From an uncultured Ectothiorhodospiraceae bacterium (GTDB taxonomy: Bacteria; Pseudomonadota; Gammaproteobacteria; UBA9214): 64,000 nucleotides of DNA. This document shows, piece by piece, positions 57,888 through 64,000 of this stretch; the first letter of the stretch is position 1, and every line of letters starts with the position of its first letter. The stretch covers positions 5,678 to 69,677 of the forward strand of contig CAMYJZ010000002.1 in the NCBI GenBank assembly GCA_947258845.1, given 5' to 3'. A model generated the notes under the pieces. The model was not told where the DNA came from, ran no database searches, and was given only the letters and a program-made list of their open reading frames with translations. The translations under genes were made by a program, and so were the position numbers.

Positions 57888-58751
57888 CTAACTGAGGTAG
57901 AGGCTGATGATGTCCTGGCCCCACAGCAGGGTGATCCAGCCGGCGCAGGCCAGGAAGGGCCCGAAGGGGATGGGCTGACTGCGTTCACGCCCCTTCAGGA
58001 GGATGAGCAGTATCCCGGTGGCGGCCCCGACGATGGAGGAGAACAGGATGACCACCGGCAGGGCCTGCCAGCCGACCCAGGCGCCGATGGCGGCCAGCAG
58101 CTTGAAGTCGCCGTAGCCCATGCCCTCCTTGCCGGTCGCCAGCTTGAACAGGTGATAGATGCCCCACAGGGACAGGTAGCCGGCCAGCGCCCCGATGATG
58201 CTGGCCTGGCTGTCAACGAAGACACCCCAGAGGCTCAGGGCCAGTCCGGCCCAGAGCAGGGGGAGGGTGATGTTATCGGGCAGCAGTTGCCGGTCGTAGT
58301 CGATCACGCACAGCGGGATGATCGCCCAGGTGAAGCCCAGCGCGGCGGCGGCCTGCAGTGAAAAGCCGAAATGCAGCGCCGTGACGACCGAGGCAATGGC
58401 GGTCGTTAGTTCGATGAGCGGGTAGCGCGCGGGTATGCCTGCGCTGCAGGCAGCACAGCGTCCCTTTAGAAACAGGTAACTGACGACCGGGACATTCTCG
58501 ATGGCGCGGATACGGTGGCCGCAGCTCGGGCAGCTGGAGGCGGGCCAGACCAGGTTGAAGGGCCGCTCGCTGCCGGCATCCGCCGGTTCGATTTCCAGCA
58601 GTTCCCGGCACTGCTGTGACCAGGTGCGCTCCATAATGATGGGCAACCGGTAAATGACCACGTTCAGGAAGCTGCCGATCAGCAGGCCGAGCAATGCGAT
58701 CACGGTCCCATAGGCCGCAGGGGATGACTCGAGCAGAAGCAGCAGGTCCAT
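57888..58751 (-). CDS. pilD: Prepilin leader peptidase / N-methyltransferase
   Basis: 287 aa. Cytoplasmic CxxC...CxxC zinc pairs (CPSCGH...CAACS); 8 TM segments; catalytic Asp-containing motifs. Confidence 0.9.
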   Translation of the reverse strand: MDLLLLLESSPAAYGTVIALLGLLIGSFLNVVIYRLPIIMERTWSQQCRELLEIEPADAGSERPFNLVWPASSCPSCGHRIRAIENVPVVSYLFLKGRCAACSAGIPARYPLIELTTAIASVVTALHFGFSLQAAAALGFTWAIIPLCVIDYDRQLLPDNITLPLLWAGLALSLWGVFVDSQASIIGALAGYLSLWGIYHLFKLATGKEGMGYGDFKLLAAIGAWVGWQALPVVILFSSIVGAATGILLILLKGRERSQPIPFGPFLACAGWITLLWGQDIISLYLS

Positions 58752-58813
58752 TCAGTGTGCCCGGGCGATTGAGCGTAACTGGGCTAGCGGCGCCTGACGG
58801 CCTCGATAGAAGA

Positions 58814-60037
58814 TCAGATTGCGGCGCCCAGTTTGAAGATCGGCAGGTACATGGCGACCACCAGGCCACCGATGAGGATGCCCAGAATCGACATGATCAG
58901 GGGTTCCAGCAGGCTGCTGAGGGCATCGACGGCATCATCCACCTCCTGCTCGTAGAAGTCAGCCACCTTGGCGAGCATGCTGTCCAGGGAGCCGGATTCC
59001 TCGCCGATGGCGACCATCTGCTCGACCATGTTGGGGAACAGGCCGGTCTGGGACATGGCGAACTGGAGTTGCTGGCCGGTGGCGACACTGTCGCGAATCA
59101 TGAGAACGGCATCGGAATACACCACGTTACCCGTGGCGCCTGATACCGATTCCAGCGCCTCGACCAGCGGCACGCCGGCGGCAAACATGGTGGACAGGGT
59201 GCGGGCATAACGGGCCACGGCGGCCTTGTGCATAATCGGGCCGACAACCGGTATCTTGAGGATGAAGCGGTCAAGTACCCGCCCAAATTTACGCGAACGT
59301 TTCTTGGCCTGCAGGAAGCCGATGACGGTGCCGATGACGATACCAAAGACCAGCCACCACCATTGCTGCATGAACTCGGAGAGACTGACGACCATGCGGG
59401 TAAAGGCGGGCAGGTCAGCGCCGAAGCTGCTGAACAACTCCTCGAACTGGGGTACCACGAAGATCAGGAGAATCGAGGTGACGATGACGGCAACCACGAC
59501 GACCGCGGCCGGGTAGAACATGGCCTTCTTGATCTTGGACTTGAGGTACTCGGTCTTTTCCTTGTAGGTGGCGATCTTGTCGAGCAGGGTCTCGAGTACG
59601 CCGGCCTGTTCGCCGGCATTGACCAGGTTGATTACCAGGGCATCAAAATGATAGGGGTGCTTGGCAAGCGATTCCGACAGGCTGGTGCCGGATTCGACCT
59701 CGTTCTTGATCTTCAGGAGCAGGTCGCGCATACCGGCGTTGTCATGACCGCGGCCGATGATCTCGAAGGCCTGCACCAGGGGGACGCCGGCACCCATCAT
59801 GGTGGCCAGCTGGCGGAAGAACACGGCAATGTCCTTGGGCGCTATCTTTTTCTTGGCCCCCTTGGAAAACAGGGTGGATTGCTTCTTGATCTTGAGCGGC
59901 TTGATGCCCTGCCTGCGCAGGTCGGCCTTGATCAGCGAGGGGTTGATGCCGCGGGTCTGGCCCTTGACGCGCATACCGCGCTTGTCCATGCCAGTCCAGA
60001 TGAAAAGATCCGGTTCCTTGAGTGCCTTTTCTGCCAT
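58814..60037 (-). CDS. pilC: Type IV pilus assembly platform protein PilC (GspF family)
   Basis: 407 aa. Duplicated GspF/T2SSF domains. Confidence 0.9.
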   Translation of the reverse strand: MAEKALKEPDLFIWTGMDKRGMRVKGQTRGINPSLIKADLRRQGIKPLKIKKQSTLFSKGAKKKIAPKDIAVFFRQLATMMGAGVPLVQAFEIIGRGHDNAGMRDLLLKIKNEVESGTSLSESLAKHPYHFDALVINLVNAGEQAGVLETLLDKIATYKEKTEYLKSKIKKAMFYPAAVVVVAVIVTSILLIFVVPQFEELFSSFGADLPAFTRMVVSLSEFMQQWWWLVFGIVIGTVIGFLQAKKRSRKFGRVLDRFILKIPVVGPIMHKAAVARYARTLSTMFAAGVPLVEALESVSGATGNVVYSDAVLMIRDSVATGQQLQFAMSQTGLFPNMVEQMVAIGEESGSLDSMLAKVADFYEQEVDDAVDALSSLLEPLIMSILGILIGGLVVAMYLPIFKLGAAI

Positions 60038-60040
60038 GAT

Positions 60041-61756
60041 TTATTCCTTGGTGACCCGATCGACTTCTTCCAGGCTGGTGATACCGGCCGCGACCTTTCT
60101 CAGTCCGGATTCCCTGAGGTCCGCGACGCCTTCCACTTTTGCCTGTTCTTCCAGCTGCATGGAATTGCCCCCTTCCATGATCAGCCGGCCCATTTCTTCC
60201 GATACCGGCATGACCTGGTAGATGCCCACACGGCCCTTGTAGCCGCCGGTACAGTTGTCACAACCCACCGGGCCGTAGATCGTTATGTCTTTCAGCTGTT
60301 CCTCGCTGAAGCCGGACTTGACCAGGGCCTCATGCGGTATATCCAGTTCCTTCTTGCACTTGTTGCACAGACGCCGTGCCAGGCGCTGGGCCATGATCAG
60401 GTGCACCGCCGAGGCAATATTGTAGGGCGGTACCCCCATGTTGGCCAGACGCGTCAGGGTCTGCGGGGCGTCGTTGGTGTGCAGGGTGGACAGGACCAGG
60501 TGACCGGTCTGTGCCGCCTTCACGGCAATCTCCGCGGTTTCCAGGTCGCGGATCTCACCCACCATGATGATGTCCGGGTCCTGGCGCAGGAAGGCCCGCA
60601 GAGCCAGGGAGAAATCCAGGCCGGCCTTGGGATTGACATTGACCTGATTGATGCCCATGACATTGATTTCGACCGGGTCCTCGCAGGTGGAGATGTTGCG
60701 GTCGGGGGAATTCAGCATATTCAGGCCGGTATACAGCGAGACGGTTTTACCGCTGCCGGTCGGCCCCGTGACCAGCACCATCCCGTAGGGCTTGTTGATG
60801 GCCTCGGTAAAGGTGATTTTCTGGTCTTCCTCGAAGCCGAGGGCATCGACACCGATCTGTGCGGCACTGCCATCCAGGATACGCAGCACCACCTTCTCGC
60901 CATAGAGCGTCGGCAGGGTGTTGACACGAAAATCGATGGAGCGGTTTTTCGACAGGTTCATCTTGATGCGGCCGTCCTGGGGAACCCGGCGTTCGGCAAT
61001 ATTCATGCGGCTCATGACCTTGAGTCGCGCCACGATGCGCATGGCCAGGGAGCGGGGCGGCGAGGCAATCTCGTGCAAAACGCCATCCTGCCGGAAGCGC
61101 ACCCGGAATTCCTTCTCGTAGGGCTCCAGGTGGATATCGGAGGCACCCCGGTTGATGGCATCGACCAGCACCTTGTTGACGAAGCGGACGACGGGGGTGT
61201 CGTCGATGTCGGATTCGCTTACATCGCCTCCCGGGGCGTCCTCATCGCCGGCGGCGATATCCAGGTTGTCGAGATCCGCGTCCATGAGATCGGACATGGT
61301 GGTGTCCATGGTATCCATGGCGGTCTCGATGGCTTTGCTGAGCTGCTCCTCTTCGACCAGGACGGCCTCGGTGTTGATGCCGGTATGGAACTTGAATTCA
61401 TCCAGGGCGCTGAGGTTGGTCGGGTCGGACACCGCCACGTAGAGGCGGTTGCCGCGCTTGTAGAGCGGCATGGCGTGGTGCTGGCGGACCAGCTTCTCGG
61501 TGACCAGGCTGGTCGGGGCCGTCTCCATGTCCATGACCCGCAGGTCGAACAGCGGTACCCCGAATTCCTGGGCACCGGACCAGGCGATGTCACGGCCCTT
61601 GAGGATCTTGTTCTCGACCAGGTAGCTGACGAAGTGCTTGCGCTTCTTGAGGGCCGTCTCGTTGGCCTTGACCGCGTCACTCTCGTCGAGCAGACCGTCC
61701 ATGACCAGCCGGCGGGCCAGGCCGCTGAGGTGTGATGTAGGGTTGGTTGTGGCCAT
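60041..61756 (-). CDS. pilB: Type IV pilus assembly ATPase PilB (GspE family)
   Basis: 571 aa. Walker A GPTGSGKT, Asp box, His box, tetracysteine CNKCKK...CDNC. Confidence 0.95.
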   Translation of the reverse strand: MATTNPTSHLSGLARRLVMDGLLDESDAVKANETALKKRKHFVSYLVENKILKGRDIAWSGAQEFGVPLFDLRVMDMETAPTSLVTEKLVRQHHAMPLYKRGNRLYVAVSDPTNLSALDEFKFHTGINTEAVLVEEEQLSKAIETAMDTMDTTMSDLMDADLDNLDIAAGDEDAPGGDVSESDIDDTPVVRFVNKVLVDAINRGASDIHLEPYEKEFRVRFRQDGVLHEIASPPRSLAMRIVARLKVMSRMNIAERRVPQDGRIKMNLSKNRSIDFRVNTLPTLYGEKVVLRILDGSAAQIGVDALGFEEDQKITFTEAINKPYGMVLVTGPTGSGKTVSLYTGLNMLNSPDRNISTCEDPVEINVMGINQVNVNPKAGLDFSLALRAFLRQDPDIIMVGEIRDLETAEIAVKAAQTGHLVLSTLHTNDAPQTLTRLANMGVPPYNIASAVHLIMAQRLARRLCNKCKKELDIPHEALVKSGFSEEQLKDITIYGPVGCDNCTGGYKGRVGIYQVMPVSEEMGRLIMEGGNSMQLEEQAKVEGVADLRESGLRKVAAGITSLEEVDRVTKE

Positions 61757-62171
61757 AATTCAGCTTATTTTGAGCGAAATAGCGTAAATTTCCGTGATCC
61801 GGTACCTGTTACTTATCACTCGATGGATGCGCGGCTGACCATATATCATGCTAAAATTGCAGAAAAGTTAATCTTTGTCAATCTGTTAGCAGCCTGTCAG
61901 GGCTTCCATCCATGCCCTGTTGCAGTGTACAGCAAACCGCTCCACACACCATTGTTTCGACCCCGCTGGATAAAACTTTACCTGTCCGCCGATCCTCGTG
62001 TCATATCACCGCGCAAGCCTAGCATTGTCTGCGGCGACCCGTCGGGATGCACGGTGCCGGATGGAAATTCCCTGTTCTACAGGAGGATCGCAAGCGTGTC
62101 GTAAATCGAATCTGGCAATGCACATTTTATTGCGGGAGTATGTGCTACGCTGCAGATGGTGCAGGGATTTT

Positions 62172-63257
62172 TCATAGGATGTACTGTCGGCAATGTTGAA
62201 TTATTAACCCGCTGGGCGAGGATTCCGGCTGAATCATGTCAAATCTGTATGCATCCAGGTTGCCGATGAAATTATCGATGATGGTATCGTCATACCGGCT
62301 TAATACACAGTTTTTGCCCAGTCCTTCTGTTCTTTCTGTCGCTTTTCTCAGTAATAATACCGGCTTGCCAAGGTAGTAACACTCCTCCTGATTGCTGCCG
62401 CCATCACTGACAACAAATTCAGCCTCCATTATCAGTTTGATGAATCTGAAATAATCGAGTCTGTTTCGAAGTTCAATATTCGGGTTGGCGGCAAGTCTTT
62501 CGTAACAGCCAAATTTTCTCAGTTTGATTTCTGTTGGTTTGTGCAGGATGAATAACAGATGCAGTTTCTTGCTGATCGTTTCGACGATCCTGGTTACCCG
62601 TTCTATCGCTGCTCTTGTAAAGATATTCTCAAACCTGTGGAGGGTAACTACCCCAAAGGCCTTGTCTGGCAGATCAATATCGGAAATCTTGTTGATTGCC
62701 GGTAGCGCAATATTTAAGGAGTCTATGAGTGTGTTAAAGCCTGTATTTATTTTATCACCCTGGAACTTCTCGAGATTTCTGCTTGCCCAATCTCCGGGCG
62801 CAAACAGGTAGTCCGCAAGCCTGAACGTCAATATTCTGGTTATTTCTTCCGGAAAAGGGTGCAAGATATTGAAGGAACGCAGACCGGATTCGACATGGCC
62901 GACCTTGAGCCTGGCAACCTTGCCCATAATAGCTCCAAGCAATGTGGAAAAGGTGTCACCGTGGACCAGTACAATGCCGTTATTGTCGTTTCTGAAGATT
63001 TCCTTCTTGTTGAAGATGGTATGTATGATATTTTTCAAGCCCCAAATGAACATCTGGAAAACTGATGTAATATCTTTCCCCGAATAAAGCCTGTAATCTG
63101 GCTGCTTGATATCAAAGTCCGCCAGGATGTCGTCGATGGTTTCCCTGTGCTGCCCAGTTGAAATGTAGTTATAGTCGATTCCATCCTGTTTGAGAAACTT
63201 CATAATGGGCGCCATCTTTATCAGCTGGGCCTTGGTTCCAATAATTACATGAATCAT
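62172..63257 (-). CDS. UDP-N-acetylglucosamine 2-epimerase family protein (WecB/NeuC-like) in a low-GC island
   Basis: 361 aa. Epimerase_2 motifs (KMAPIM, QH, LVHGDT, GHVESGLRS, DGGSNQEE...LGKPVLLLRKATER). Local GC is visibly much lower (~40%) than in flanking genes. Confidence 0.75.
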   Translation of the reverse strand: MIHVIIGTKAQLIKMAPIMKFLKQDGIDYNYISTGQHRETIDDILADFDIKQPDYRLYSGKDITSVFQMFIWGLKNIIHTIFNKKEIFRNDNNGIVLVHGDTFSTLLGAIMGKVARLKVGHVESGLRSFNILHPFPEEITRILTFRLADYLFAPGDWASRNLEKFQGDKINTGFNTLIDSLNIALPAINKISDIDLPDKAFGVVTLHRFENIFTRAAIERVTRIVETISKKLHLLFILHKPTEIKLRKFGCYERLAANPNIELRNRLDYFRFIKLIMEAEFVVSDGGSNQEECYYLGKPVLLLRKATERTEGLGKNCVLSRYDDTIIDNFIGNLDAYRFDMIQPESSPSGLIIQHCRQYIL

Positions 63258-64000
63258 CTTTTTGCTGGTCCCGGGGCCAGTTAATTCTCTGAAATTTGCA
63301 GACTAATATTAGCCGGTATCCGATGGGTTGCTAATGAGGTTTGCCCGGCGTATGTAGGAGGCGGGCAGACAAGTATACAGTGGTGTAGCGTATCAGATTT
63401 AGCACTACGCTCAGAAGATACAGGCCCGGGACCGGGTGGTGGAGGCAAAAAAGTGTAGCTAGTTCCGGCAGGTTGCGGTGTGAGAGGCGGCCCCTGAACG
63501 ACTGGATGGAGGCGGTAAACTTCATTTGGCCGAGGTGGGTTGCGAGGGTTGTTGTCTCTTCGTCATCACCCGGTATCGCATTATCTGGGGATGACAAGGT
63601 GTATGCACTGTTTGAGGCAGCGCAGCAAGAAACAGCGATCTGACCATTAGAGTGGTAACTAATTGTCATGGAGAAAGTTTATCTGGTCGAATGCTTCGGC
63701 AGGTATCAGTGAGCCGCCCAGGATGAGTCTGATTCTGAGGAGCAGGCGCTCTTCCGGTCTGTAAGTTGACTGTCCAGGCAATCGTATAACAAGGAAATTA
63801 ATGAGTAAACAGTGGGTTATTACCAGTCATGATTCTGCCTGACCGCAGGCTGCGCTAGTTGGGCGCTACCAGAAACAGCGCCACACTTTCTGCTGGTCCA
63901 ATAGCGTTGTTACTGTGGCTGTCATACATAAAATTTGTTGCTTTAAGGCATAATGATGTCTGCGCTCGGTTCGAGAGCTTTTGTATGCCAAGATTGGTGG

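Noticed and set aside
59228-61735. 835-aa ORF on the plus strand
   Set aside because: Antisense to pilC and pilB, which have unmistakable GspF/GspE motifs. The translation is low-complexity and Gly/Asp/Val/Leu-rich, typical of a high-GC antisense frame.
61757-62171. pilA / type IV pilin gene upstream of pilB
   Set aside because: All six frames were scanned for a prepilin leader plus the G|FTLIELMIV motif and none was found. ORF 61823..62104 has no pilin features.
63331-63669. 112-aa minus-strand ORF
   Set aside because: No RBS, no recognisable fold or family, odd composition. It lies in an ORF-poor, GC-variable stretch. It is left unannotated.
1-64000. CRISPR array
   Set aside because: No spacer-repeat architecture was seen. 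The only tandem repeats are in-frame coding repeats (9754-9780; 25767-25905).

Overview
High-GC (~60-65%) gammaproteobacterial chromosome segment. Gene order matches Pseudomonas-type core blocks: gatCAB-pdxB; hemA-prfA-prmC-moeB on the minus strand; TPR protein-lolB-ispE-tRNA-Gln-prs-rplY-pth-ychF-tRNA-Met; fabA-fabB; and pilB-pilC-pilD-coaE-zapD-yacG. About 65 protein genes and 2 tRNAs can be supported. The core is interrupted by several accessory or unusual pieces. (1) A decayed integrative island at tRNA-Met (about 16.9-23.2 kb): a truncated tyrosine-integrase fragment, then a lower-GC module made of a Cys-rich secreted 99-aa protein, an RND pump with an extra C-terminal HMA-like domain, and a membrane-fusion protein with a Met-rich Cu/Ag-type insertion. 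This is a candidate new metal (or peptide) export system. (2) A 1353-aa protein (23.8-27.9 kb) with about 900 aa of modular coiled coil and 'LHG' repeats, fused to degenerate GGDEF and EAL (EVL-type, FimX-like) domains; a putative c-di-GMP receptor scaffold. (3) A second c-di-GMP-themed pair: YajQ plus a REC-degenerate-GGDEF protein with a long disordered tail. (4) An orphan Rrf2(IscR-like, no cluster cysteines)-IscU pair with no iscS, hscBA or fdx. (5) A tRNA-Gln 3'-end duplication that looks like an att scar. (6) A PEP-CTERM (exosortase) substrate. (7) A low-GC WecB-like sugar epimerase beside the pilBCD locus, with no pilA where it is expected. Many long antisense ORFs in the six-frame track are high-GC artefacts and were rejected. 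My manually counted coordinates for non-ORF features may be off by 1-2 nt.
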